Below, one piece after another: positions 37,108-46,012 of a stretch of 46,894 bases of DNA. This DNA is from a virus (lineage: Duplodnaviria > Caudoviricetes). Below the pieces are notes generated by a model. That model made no database searches. It was not told the DNA's origin and saw only the letters and a program-made list of their open reading frames with translations. The stretch lies in IMG/VR virus record IMGVR_UViG_3300007956_000005, positions 1 through 46,894 of that record, one strand, 5' to 3'. Position 1 is the first letter of the stretch; each line of letters opens with the position of its first letter. Made by a program: the position numbers and the translations under genes.

Positions 37108-37132
37108 AGGGGCAGGTACTTGACCCGCCCCT
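37108..37132 (-). terminator. hairpin terminator after the capsid gene (probably leaky)
   Basis: AGGGGCGGGU-caagu-ACCUGCCCCU with a short U-tail. Confidence 0.55.
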
Positions 37133-37141
37133 AAAGTAAAG

Positions 37142-38188
37142 TTATGCTAAGTTATAGTTAACAGTGAACAACGCCTCTGGGCGAAGGATCTTCCTTGCAT
37201 ATAACTGCATCCCACGAACCACATCACTAAAGGTATCTGGAGAACGGAATGTCTCCACTTTAGCGATTTGGTCAGCTACTGCCACCGCACTATTGTGACC
37301 AGCAACCATTACTCCGAAGTTAGTTTCGGAACCCGCTGCGGCTGTAGTGTCGAGGTTACCCACGTAAGGCAAATTGTTCGACACATAGATAGTGAAGTTA
37401 CGGATCTTAGCTGGAAGCTTGCCGTTACGGATTTCATCCGAACCACCGAAATCAGCGTTAATCAGTTTGGAGTCTTCGTCCATAAGGATCTCTGCTAGAA
37501 TTGGTGAAATTACACAATATCTCCCGTCTGTAGCTACATTGGCCTCATCCATCTTACGATTGATGCGGTTCATAATAGCTAGTGGTGAGGTAATAGCACC
37601 TGCTCCACCGCCAGCGGCGATTGGAATAGCTGTCACTTCGCTAGCTACACCCAAGTCAGATCCACCAAAATCAGTGATATCTAGCTTGTTTGCTGCCAGC
37701 AATTCATCAGAGCCAGCATTTACGTTTGCCACAGAACCAGATGTGGTTGTATTCCGAACCCATGAGCCTGGTGTTTTCCAACCAGACATATAGCCCAATA
37801 CTTCAGCATCGAATGCGTCACGAAGATCATAACCCGCACGATCAGATGCTAAGTCCATGAAATTTAAGTGAGAATGTGCAACTTCGATGTCTGCCAAAGT
37901 GAACTGCCAGTAGTTGGCTTGGTCTACAACCATAGTGAACGAAGTATCTGTAAGATCTTGCGTTGCAAGTGTAGTACCACGTTCCAGATTGTTAATCGTG
38001 ATCGTTGGCTCACGGACGATGGTCACTGAGTCGCCATGTGAAGCGATCTCACCAGCGTAGTCTGTATTTGTTACAGCTTCCACCACAGAACTCTTGCGGA
38101 AAGCAAGCTGTGCTTTTTTACTGTAAATGACGGGCGAGAAGCCGCCTGAGTTGAGGTTAGTATAACCTGATGCTTTTGCGAATGCCAT
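37142..38188 (-). CDS. major capsid protein (HK97 fold, P22/N4-gp56-like)
   Basis: Start MAFAKASG with AAGGAG SD; FSPVIYSK, TNTDYAGEI, GDSVTI, DVVRGMQLY. Confidence 0.9.
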   Translation of the reverse strand: MAFAKASGYTNLNSGGFSPVIYSKKAQLAFRKSSVVEAVTNTDYAGEIASHGDSVTIVREPTITINNLERGTTLATQDLTDTSFTMVVDQANYWQFTLADIEVAHSHLNFMDLASDRAGYDLRDAFDAEVLGYMSGWKTPGSWVRNTTTSGSVANVNAGSDELLAANKLDITDFGGSDLGVASEVTAIPIAAGGGAGAITSPLAIMNRINRKMDEANVATDGRYCVISPILAEILMDEDSKLINADFGGSDEIRNGKLPAKIRNFTIYVSNNLPYVGNLDTTAAAGSETNFGVMVAGHNSAVAVADQIAKVETFRSPDTFSDVVRGMQLYARKILRPEALFTVNYNLA

Positions 38189-38484
38189 TTTATGTACTCC
38201 TTTGGAATGGCGGGGCGAAATGCCCAAACAAACCCCGAAGAGGACAATTGAGTGGCAGTGATATATGAGGGTGCGATTGCTTTATTAGTTGCATCTAATA
38301 AGCAGACGGGCCTCACCACACTGGTGGACTAAACGTCTAAATTCTTGGGTATATAGTCAGAATTTGAGGTAGACCTTGCGGTGGCTCTATTCTGTTTGTC
38401 GAGAGTTCAACTCTCAAAAGATAAGTCTAATTACAAACGTATCTTCAAAGAGTTGTGGGTAGCAGTTATTGTTCTGCTACTCAC
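38184..38484 (-). ncRNA. long structured 5' leader of the capsid mRNA
   Basis: About 295 nt non-coding, at least 8 stems, cUUCGg and GCAA tetraloops on the minus strand. Confidence 0.55.
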
Positions 38485-38488
38485 GTTT

Positions 38489-38517
38489 ATTATAACACCT
38501 AACTAAGTGCTTTGCAA
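38489..38517 (-). promoter_or_regulatory. capsid promoter TTGCAA-N17-TATAAT with operator CACCTAACTAAGTG (38496..38509)
   Basis: Near-consensus sigma70 hexamers. Confidence 0.75.
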
Positions 38518-38518
38518 G

Positions 38519-39298
38519 CTATCTTGCTGCGCCTGTAACATCATAGTTAAAGGCTCCGCTGCGAATAGCTTCTTGAATGGCCTCTTCGTGTTTAGAAAAC
38601 TCCAGGTCAGTCATAGCCTCAACCTGACTTTCGGAGAATGCCCCACGTTGGTTTGTCCGAGGTGCGGAACTAGAAGTTCTACCCACTGCCTGTGCAGCCG
38701 ACCTATTTTTAGTCTTACGCTTGCCTGTATCAGCTTTATAAAGATCTATAGCACGGGATGCTGCTCTAGCATCAGTATTATTTTTATAAAGAGCGTCTTG
38801 AATATACATAGGCTGTATTGCAACCCATTCATGGAAGGCAGGGTCTTGTCTAATTTCAGAGAAATCAGGATGAGTTTGTACTAACTGTTGCTCTGCTTCT
38901 TTGCGAGTAAGTTTAGTTTCAAGCTGCCTTAAACCCTCCATCCGTTTCTCGCCTTCAGCTAACGCCTCATTAGCACGTTTACGAGCAATCGAGTCCACAA
39001 TTTTAGCAACATCAGGGTATTTTTTAGCCCACTGATCAATCTCTTGATCCGACTTAGGAAACTTAATTTGCCCCCGTGCGGCCTGATCAAGCTGCGCTTT
39101 CATCTGAGAGACTTGCTGATCTTTTTGTTGCATTAACTGTTGGGAGTGGCGGCGAAGATCACCATACCGTTTTTTGTATGTTGCGTCTTCAGCGTCTGTT
39201 GGCTCTGGGCCACCTGTTTCTGCTTGTTGTTGTTGTGCCAATTCTTCAGAATACGAAAGACCGTTATCGTCTTCGTCAGTACGTCTATATTTTGCCAT
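38519..39298 (-). CDS. capsid scaffolding protein
   Basis: YKKRYGDLRRH, HPDF, coiled coil, C-terminal YDVTGAAR; upstream of the capsid gene. Confidence 0.75.
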   Translation of the reverse strand: MAKYRRTDEDDNGLSYSEELAQQQQAETGGPEPTDAEDATYKKRYGDLRRHSQQLMQQKDQQVSQMKAQLDQAARGQIKFPKSDQEIDQWAKKYPDVAKIVDSIARKRANEALAEGEKRMEGLRQLETKLTRKEAEQQLVQTHPDFSEIRQDPAFHEWVAIQPMYIQDALYKNNTDARAASRAIDLYKADTGKRKTKNRSAAQAVGRTSSSAPRTNQRGAFSESQVEAMTDLEFSKHEEAIQEAIRSGAFNYDVTGAAR

Positions 39299-39339
39299 TA
39301 TGTTTTGCCTCTGGGGGCCGCTCTGTGGCGGGTAGCCCG

Positions 39340-40341
39340 TTACGACATGAACACCATTTTTGGTGTATTCATCATGCCTGGTAGTTTGGATGTTTTGGGG
39401 TAGACCTCCTCGACTTCCTCATCATCATCCAGCATATCGTCCACCTCTACGGCAGCGACTTCGATATCGACATTCTCAGAAGGAACATCATCTTCTGCTT
39501 CATCAACCTCTTCAGGTTCTTCAGCTTCCTCTTCACTTGCGTATTGAATTAGCCCCATACTAAACATGCCCATCAGACCCATTTCGGCCTCTGACTGCAT
39601 GTCCATGATGTGTTTAAGCCCGTGCCATTTAACCACGTTAGCGGGGAGAACGTACTCTCCTTCACTAATCATTGCTTCTATATCATCCCGCACATTCTCT
39701 GCGCTGGAACCCATAGGAATAGGGTTACCTGATACAGGATCTGACATCATACCGCCGCAGCTACCATCGCACTCGCCTTCGCAACCGCAAGCCATACCGC
39801 CGTGATACATCTGCATCTTTTCCTCATTCTCTGGATCATCTGCATTAGCTTTCTGAATGGCCTCTCCCCGTGCCATTTCGTAATCACTAAGCTTACCGTC
39901 TTTATCCAAGTCGGCTTTCTTTTGATCTAGTTGAAATCTGTTGTTAGCCATGTCCAAACCTTCCTGTGTGGTGATGCCTTTTTGAGAGGTGGCAAGACCA
40001 CCGAGTGCGTATTTATTTGCGTATTCCGACTGTAATATCTGAGAAGCCTCTTCAGGACTTGTTGTGTCTGTCATGGACTGATGAATTTCCGCATCAAACT
40101 CTTCTAGTTCCTGAACCGCTGTTTCCCCTGTACGGCGAGGCCATTCTACTCCACTGTCTTTTGCAAATTTTACGGCGGTATCTTGATCTACTACCTGCCC
40201 ATCCCAGACTGTAGGGATCAGTGTCTCAACGCCGTCTATCTCTACAATGATAGTTCTAACTGTACTTACTGTACCGTCTTCGTTTTCAACGGACTTTCCA
40301 TCCGCAATATTTTTATAATGATGCTCAGTAATAGCGTCCAT
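39340..40341 (-). CDS. acidic head-associated protein
   Basis: Between portal and scaffold; DLDKDGKLS EF-hand-like loop; DDIEAMISEGEYVLPA motif. Confidence 0.6.
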   Translation of the reverse strand: MDAITEHHYKNIADGKSVENEDGTVSTVRTIIVEIDGVETLIPTVWDGQVVDQDTAVKFAKDSGVEWPRRTGETAVQELEEFDAEIHQSMTDTTSPEEASQILQSEYANKYALGGLATSQKGITTQEGLDMANNRFQLDQKKADLDKDGKLSDYEMARGEAIQKANADDPENEEKMQMYHGGMACGCEGECDGSCGGMMSDPVSGNPIPMGSSAENVRDDIEAMISEGEYVLPANVVKWHGLKHIMDMQSEAEMGLMGMFSMGLIQYASEEEAEEPEEVDEAEDDVPSENVDIEVAAVEVDDMLDDDEEVEEVYPKTSKLPGMMNTPKMVFMS

Positions 40342-40556
40342 TATTCTGCGCCCTTAATTACTTCATCCCGAAGTGTCTTAAATCTACGGAGTTCAGAGAT
40401 AGCGCCTTGGATTTCTAGCACTCTCTGATGATCCTTAGTGTTCTCTAATTGTTGGTGGTATGCGGCTATTCGTGAAGATACATACTCATGCAAAAGATCC
40501 ATGTGGTCTTTCGTATTCACCAGTATGAGAAGAGAGCGGCAAAAATGCTTGTCCAT
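40341..40556 (-). CDS. small conserved head-module protein
   Basis: Coupled ORF; IQGAISELRR motif typical of post-portal genes. Confidence 0.7.
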   Translation of the reverse strand: MDKHFCRSLLILVNTKDHMDLLHEYVSSRIAAYHQQLENTKDHQRVLEIQGAISELRRFKTLRDEVIKGAE

Positions 40557-40714
40557 TACTTTACCTCAAAGCAGTACAAGGAAATATTCCTAGTAGTAAC
40601 AAGTACGGTAGCCCGTTCTTCTTCTACCCTGCACTCTTCTTGAGTTGCGTATTGGCCTATCTGGTAGTGGTCTAAGTTATTATTTACGAATTGGAAAAAC
40701 ATAAGTACCCACAT
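40556..40714 (-). CDS. small hypothetical protein (52 aa, MWVLMFFQ...)
   Basis: Manual translation; TAATG overlaps at both ends. Confidence 0.65.
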   Translation of the reverse strand: MWVLMFFQFVNNNLDHYQIGQYATQEECRVEEERATVLVTTRNISLYCFEVK

Positions 40715-42864
40715 TACTGTACTGGGCCTTGTGGAGCGGCTTCTGGTGGCGCTTGTTGTCCACCGTTATCTCCCCCACCTGCGCCTGTGAAGCCTTCTGC
40801 TCCTGGCTCTGGGGCCGCTCCTGGGGCTATGTTTCCACCACCCGTGCCTGTTGGGTCATCTGGGTTAGGTGGACCGCCCTCTGCGGGTGCTGGTGGGCCT
40901 TCAGGCTGGGGCATCATCGCTTGGATCTCTGCCATCATCTTAGCCTGTATAATGGCCTCACGTTGATCGTTTAGGATCTTGTCTTCATCTAGGTCCATAG
41001 ACGCTGCCAACTCACGCAGAACGTAATCGTATTTAACAAATGGAGCCATCTGTTGGTTCTGTGTCATCTGCATAAACTGTAGAAGTCTCTGGCTACGGAT
41101 CTCATTCCGCATCAGGCTTTCCGTACCTTTTGCAGTAACTTCCAGATCCCCTACAAATTCTTTGTCAAACAGGAACTGCATGTTAAAACTAAATAACGCC
41201 TTACCTAGTGGCGCTAGCAGGTAATCATCAATGTTTCGCACAACCGCTTTAATGTTAGCTTGTGCTGCACCCATCAGCATACTCATGCCAGACGCTGTAC
41301 GGCCTACTCCCATAACGCCTGTAGTTCCGTGAGAGTAGCTAGGGATGCCTGTAGCCTCATCAGCAAGCTGACGTGCCTTATCAAACATCATCATTAACTC
41401 AGGACTAACGTTTTTAAATGAGTGCGAATGAATGGATTGTCCTGGTGCGCCCGCCTGTCTACGAAAAATTTTGCCAGGGTAAATACTCATATCTTGCCCA
41501 GGGACTAGATTAGTCTCATCGATCTCAATAAGAAGGTTACCCGATAGCGCAGAGTTGTCTATCGACATACGGAAAAAACCATTCATTATCAATTGGGTGT
41601 CTTCCATATTCTCTGCAACGCCGACCCCAAAGAATGAGTACGGATTTAACTCATATGGCACTGCATGATAGGGAATACGGCTTGGAGTGAACGGATTTAG
41701 CACTAAACGCAGGATTTGACCGTTACATACCCATATATTGACCTGTATTTCATCCTGATCTTCATATTCATCAGGTATCTCTAAATCGGCCTCTTCAGCC
41801 AATTCAGCGTCAATAACGCCCCAATATTCAAGTACTTCGTAGCGATCTATCTGATCAGCCCCTGAATTATCCTCTAAAGCGTCTTCCCAGTACTCTCTGG
41901 TGTAGCTAGGGCCGTATTCAATAGCTAATTCTATGCTTTCATCACGGAAATGTGGGCGTTTCTTCAATCCACGCATCTGAGAGCGGTTAAATCTATGCCG
42001 TTGTACCGTAAACTCAGCTTCTTCCATATTTCGGGCATCAGGATCAGGGTAAAAGTCCCATATGCTAACAAATTCTACTTTTGGTATAGTTTCGTAGAGC
42101 GGATCGTAATTACCTTCGTCATCCCAGCGTGGATATTCTTTATCGTGGGCAAACGGGCCTTTTAGTAGGCCATGACCTAGTAATGCACACTCAAATGCCA
42201 TTGAACGGAGATGCTTAGACGCCTGAGATTCCTCAAGCTGGTCATGCATACGTTTTTCCATCTTTTGTGCAGCAACTTTAGCGGGTTCAAAGGTAATAGA
42301 ACCTAAATTTGTACCTGCACCCGCCTCAAGTTCGTCTACAATCGGTGCAAGCTTGTCTTTATACAGACCTAACTCTTTTGCCACCTCTGGACGCACAACA
42401 TTACGGGGTACTTTGTAGTCTACACCCGTTTTTTCTTTAACTTTTTCATCTGTAAGGGAGTTAGGATCATAATGTACGGCATCTGCTACGTTATTTGGGT
42501 ATTTACGTGGCTCAATGCCTACAGGATACTTACCGCCAGCAAATAATACGTCCACAACCTGTGCGTATGCCGCTAGTACCTTAGTTTTAGTAATTTTAAT
42601 AAACGCTTGAGACTTCTCAGTATCAGTAAACTGTACATCTGCGCCATAAACGCCACGATAATTGCGATATGCGGTTAGCCAACGGTCTTCATCAGTACGT
42701 CTTTGGTCCTTAGAGCGTCGAAACTGCCCATCTATGAAGGATATAACCCCCGAATACTGGATATTTTCTTCCTCAACGTCACCATCTTCTTCCAGGTAAA
42801 CCACACGATCTGTTTCGGTAGCGTCTTCTGGGTTAGAATCTTGGGGTTTGTCCATTAAAGCCAT
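40714..42864 (-). CDS. portal protein
   Basis: 716 aa after terL; IWDFYPDP, FFGVGVAE, RTASGMSML; Pro/Gly tail. Confidence 0.88.
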   Translation of the reverse strand: MALMDKPQDSNPEDATETDRVVYLEEDGDVEEENIQYSGVISFIDGQFRRSKDQRRTDEDRWLTAYRNYRGVYGADVQFTDTEKSQAFIKITKTKVLAAYAQVVDVLFAGGKYPVGIEPRKYPNNVADAVHYDPNSLTDEKVKEKTGVDYKVPRNVVRPEVAKELGLYKDKLAPIVDELEAGAGTNLGSITFEPAKVAAQKMEKRMHDQLEESQASKHLRSMAFECALLGHGLLKGPFAHDKEYPRWDDEGNYDPLYETIPKVEFVSIWDFYPDPDARNMEEAEFTVQRHRFNRSQMRGLKKRPHFRDESIELAIEYGPSYTREYWEDALEDNSGADQIDRYEVLEYWGVIDAELAEEADLEIPDEYEDQDEIQVNIWVCNGQILRLVLNPFTPSRIPYHAVPYELNPYSFFGVGVAENMEDTQLIMNGFFRMSIDNSALSGNLLIEIDETNLVPGQDMSIYPGKIFRRQAGAPGQSIHSHSFKNVSPELMMMFDKARQLADEATGIPSYSHGTTGVMGVGRTASGMSMLMGAAQANIKAVVRNIDDYLLAPLGKALFSFNMQFLFDKEFVGDLEVTAKGTESLMRNEIRSQRLLQFMQMTQNQQMAPFVKYDYVLRELAASMDLDEDKILNDQREAIIQAKMMAEIQAMMPQPEGPPAPAEGGPPNPDDPTGTGGGNIAPGAAPEPGAEGFTGAGGGDNGGQQAPPEAAPQGPVQ

Positions 42865-42867
42865 ATG

Positions 42868-44724
42868 TTAATATCCAAATGCTGAATCTGCGGGACGGTA
42901 GCTTCTCTCAGGAATGCCTTGTCCCATATCAAAGGGTGAAAACGCTCTAGGTCTGCTCATTAATCCGTAACGAACACTGTCGTAGGCGTGGTCTTGAGCA
43001 TATCTTGGGTCAATATCATCAGAGCCTTTGGGGTCAGACGGGATTGACGGGAGATCTGCAATAATCTGGCGGCACGTATCAAAGAAAACTAAGCCTGGTT
43101 GTTCCGTAACCTCATCTACTTTCAATCGCTGATGAAATTGGTTCTTACCAGCTACCCTTGCTCCTGCGGATCGATCACTAGGACGCCATCTGCATCCCAT
43201 GTTAATCATTTCCTCTGCAATTGATGGGCCTATCTGCCCTCTATTGTGCCAACATGAACTGTCCAGAATACCGTAACTAATCCTGTCACCTACTTCAGCT
43301 TCCATTACAGCAACTGCTAGGTCTTTACCTGTGTGCTTAGAGAGGTAAAGTTCCCGATAAACGATCAAAGTTTCAAAAGCAGGGTCTATTGCGAACCAGT
43401 GTATTGCACTCCACGAACTATATCCGTAATCCGCTGATCTAAACCTTACCCATTCATCAGGTATATCGAAGGGTTCTACTACATGAACCGACTGTTTGAA
43501 CTCTGGGAACGCAGCGCCATCCGCTACTGCCCAATCGCCCTCTAATAATTGCCGCCTCTGGTTCTCTGGTAGAGATAAAAGGTTGGCTTCATACGCCCCG
43601 TCTTCTGTTAGGTACGGGTTATCGTATAAACTCGCAGGAATAAACCTGCGGTAAAATAATGGTTCCCCAGCTTTTTCATGCTTTTCAGGGTAAACTAAAT
43701 CTTTTCCCGTTTCGGGATCTTTCGCCACAAACTTTTTGTTTGCAGGAGAGGGGTCTATAAACATCTTTTTGACCCATTGGTGACCAGGTCCACCTGGGTT
43801 TGTAGTTGCCCTCATGTAGGTAGGCAGGTCTGGGTCTGTGGTCCGTAAACGTGAGCGGAGATAATTGAAGAAGTAAGGTGTGGGGTATTGCGTTAACTCA
43901 TCCACTGCAATGTAAGAAAACGACTGCCCTTGGTAACGCATAACGTCTTCATCACGTTCAAGATATGTCATCCATAGTCTTGCTCCTGACGGGAACGTCC
44001 ACTGGCTTTTCTTCTCCTGCCATTTCGCTCCTGGGTACGCTTTCGGGTATAATTCTTGTGATTTAAATACCAACTCACGCAGTTCGTCGTTTGTGCGGCG
44101 AAGGATGAGTCCACTGAATGCAGCATTTGAAAAATAGCGCAGGGGATCTGCGAGTAGAGCAAAGCTTTTGCCGCCACCCGCCGCTCCTCCAAATAACACT
44201 TCTCTTTCTGGGGCTGCAAGGAAGTCTGTCTGTGGCCCTGGATTGGGTGCGAATATGACTTCTTGGGTTTGTTTTTGTGAGGCAATGGAGCCAAAGTCGA
44301 GTGTTTCGGAAACTGTCTTTTCTTCATCCGTGCCTTCAAGTTTAGCCAGCTTCTTTTCGGTCATAGTCAGGACACGCTTGGCATCTGACTTCTTACGTTT
44401 AACCGCTGCTAACTTCTTTTCTTCGTGTGTCTTAGGACGGGCCTTTTTACGTTTCTTTGCTAGAGACTTCTGACGCTTTGAATCAGGCCTACGCTCTTTC
44501 CAGATGTTGATAATGCCTTGATGGCTTATCCTAACCCCTGTCTTCTCAGACAACCAATCTGATACCCTGCGACTTGAATGCCCTTCCTCTAGACCATCTA
44601 AGGCTTCTTCTACCAACTTCACCATTTCTGGATCAGGGGTAGCTACTAGGGGATCATCGGGGCTTTCAACATACGCATATGGAAGCTTGGCTGTGCAGTT
44701 AGTACGCTTCTTATTCTGCCACAT
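42868..44724 (-). CDS. terL: terminase large subunit with N-terminal HTH-like/basic extension
   Basis: Walker A GGAAGGGKS, Walker B IAVDE, ATTNPGG, nuclease DYG..DHAYD. Confidence 0.93.
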   Translation of the reverse strand: MWQNKKRTNCTAKLPYAYVESPDDPLVATPDPEMVKLVEEALDGLEEGHSSRRVSDWLSEKTGVRISHQGIINIWKERRPDSKRQKSLAKKRKKARPKTHEEKKLAAVKRKKSDAKRVLTMTEKKLAKLEGTDEEKTVSETLDFGSIASQKQTQEVIFAPNPGPQTDFLAAPEREVLFGGAAGGGKSFALLADPLRYFSNAAFSGLILRRTNDELRELVFKSQELYPKAYPGAKWQEKKSQWTFPSGARLWMTYLERDEDVMRYQGQSFSYIAVDELTQYPTPYFFNYLRSRLRTTDPDLPTYMRATTNPGGPGHQWVKKMFIDPSPANKKFVAKDPETGKDLVYPEKHEKAGEPLFYRRFIPASLYDNPYLTEDGAYEANLLSLPENQRRQLLEGDWAVADGAAFPEFKQSVHVVEPFDIPDEWVRFRSADYGYSSWSAIHWFAIDPAFETLIVYRELYLSKHTGKDLAVAVMEAEVGDRISYGILDSSCWHNRGQIGPSIAEEMINMGCRWRPSDRSAGARVAGKNQFHQRLKVDEVTEQPGLVFFDTCRQIIADLPSIPSDPKGSDDIDPRYAQDHAYDSVRYGLMSRPRAFSPFDMGQGIPERSYRPADSAFGY

Positions 44725-45091
44725 CCTGTTTCGGAGGTAGAATAAACATACCGCCGCCTGTGTTACTTACTTCGATTTGTTCTTTTTTCACCAAGCCAGA
44801 TCGATCTAGTACTTCCCGTGCCGCTGAAATAGCGTTCCTCGCCCCCAAAGAACTAGGATCTTCCAATACATTAATAATACCGTATGCCGCCTTGGGCGCA
44901 TTCATAGCCAGCATCAGAGATGCCCGTTCTACAATTTCATCTTTGAGGGGATTAACTACATCAGACAGTTTTGTCGTAGATGCATATCCAGCAATATTCA
45001 TAGCAGAACGAATATTCCCCTGGGCTTCTCCCATTAGGCAATCTAGGAAAGCTTGCTGCTTCTCAGAATACTCTTTTTCTATGCTACTCAT
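44711..45091 (-). CDS. terS: terminase small subunit
   Basis: SEKQQAF..AGY HTH pattern, AAREVLDR, MFILPPK; upstream of terL; ATGA-coupled start at 45091. Confidence 0.7.
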   Translation of the reverse strand: MSSIEKEYSEKQQAFLDCLMGEAQGNIRSAMNIAGYASTTKLSDVVNPLKDEIVERASLMLAMNAPKAAYGIINVLEDPSSLGARNAISAAREVLDRSGLVKKEQIEVSNTGGGMFILPPKQDVAE

Positions 45092-45363
45092 CCCATCGTC
45101 CTCATATACACAAATCCTGCCCCAACGGCTGCGGTAAGCACGATCCACCAGATACGTTCCATGAAATGTAACTTCTGGCCTCTTGATGCAGAGATCTCAG
45201 TTAGCTTACGAACCCTGTCCCATATAAGCTTCTGTTCATCATCATAATGATCCATCCGCTTGAATAACGTAATCATCCGCTCTTCCATACGGGCAAGAGT
45301 AATGACTGCGTTTGAAAGTGCGTCCAATTTATCCTCAATTCGGGTGAGGCGATCATCGCTCAT
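45088..45363 (-). CDS. coiled-coil protein with C-terminal TM helix (XhlA/holin-like)
   Basis: RLTRIEDKLD..LARMEER; C-terminal IWWIVLTAAVGAGFVY. Confidence 0.6.
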   Translation of the reverse strand: MSDDRLTRIEDKLDALSNAVITLARMEERMITLFKRMDHYDDEQKLIWDRVRKLTEISASRGQKLHFMERIWWIVLTAAVGAGFVYMRTMG

Positions 45364-45617
45364 TTCTTCTTCCCTTTCGGCTTCCAATTCACCTTCTTAG
45401 AAGAAGTTTTTTTCTTGGTAGCGGCTTTACCTGCTTTAGTTTTGCACTGAGCCATAGTTGGCCTACATGCAGGGTAGGAACCCCCACTCTTTTTAGATTT
45501 TCGTCCACAGGGGCTACCCGTCTTGCAGTTAACCCATCCCTTACCACCGTTCTGACCAAACCATTTCTTCAGTCCACCGCTGGCTTTGCTTTTAGGCTTA
45601 CTTTTTTTTGCTGCCAC
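45360..45617 (-). CDS. small Lys-rich, Cys-containing protein
   Basis: GLKKWF..WVNCKTGSPCGR..YPACRP. Confidence 0.7.
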   Translation of the reverse strand: MAAKKSKPKSKASGGLKKWFGQNGGKGWVNCKTGSPCGRKSKKSGGSYPACRPTMAQCKTKAGKAATKKKTSSKKVNWKPKGKKK

Positions 45618-45759
45618 TTTTACCGCCTATCTTATAGTTCTTTGCACCAACTTTTCGGCACTTAACCATGTGACCGCTTCGATAAGCTGAATTTTGCGGC
45701 ATGGCTCTCGCTACCTTTTTGTAACAGGCATCTTTTTTGGTTTTCTTAGTAGCAGCCAT
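45598..45759 (-). CDS. small Lys-rich protein (53 aa, KKDACYKKV..SAYRSGHMVKCRKVG)
   Basis: Manual translation; fills the gap between two basic-protein genes. Confidence 0.7.
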   Translation of the reverse strand: MAATKKTKKDACYKKVARAMPQNSAYRSGHMVKCRKVGAKNYKIGGKSGSKKK

Positions 45760-45763
45760 CAGA

Positions 45764-46006
45764 TCACCAATTCTTACAGGACCAATATCGAGCGGTTAAC
45801 TTCGATTTGGCGGTTGAACATTTATGTCTGGCACGAAAAGATTTACGGCGTTTAGGACTGCTCTTCTTGATCTTCATATTTGGATCACCATACCGAACGA
45901 TCTTTTCCGTGCCGCCTTCACACGCCTTCACAACAAACTTCTTAGGGCCATCTGGTGTACGGCGAGGCTTGTTGCACTTCATCTTCGATTTATCGATTTT
46001 AGCCAT
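45764..46006 (-). CDS. small basic protein (DUF6321-like)
   Basis: KKFVVKA..VRYGDPNM..RRKSFRARHKC..ARYWSC. Confidence 0.7.
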   Translation of the reverse strand: MAKIDKSKMKCNKPRRTPDGPKKFVVKACEGGTEKIVRYGDPNMKIKKSSPKRRKSFRARHKCSTAKSKLTARYWSCKNW

Positions 46007-46012
46007 ATGAAA

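Noticed and set aside
38071-38319. 82-aa ORF and extended MCP start at 38227
   Set aside because: No SD; overlaps MCP out of frame; strong AAGGAG supports ATG 38188
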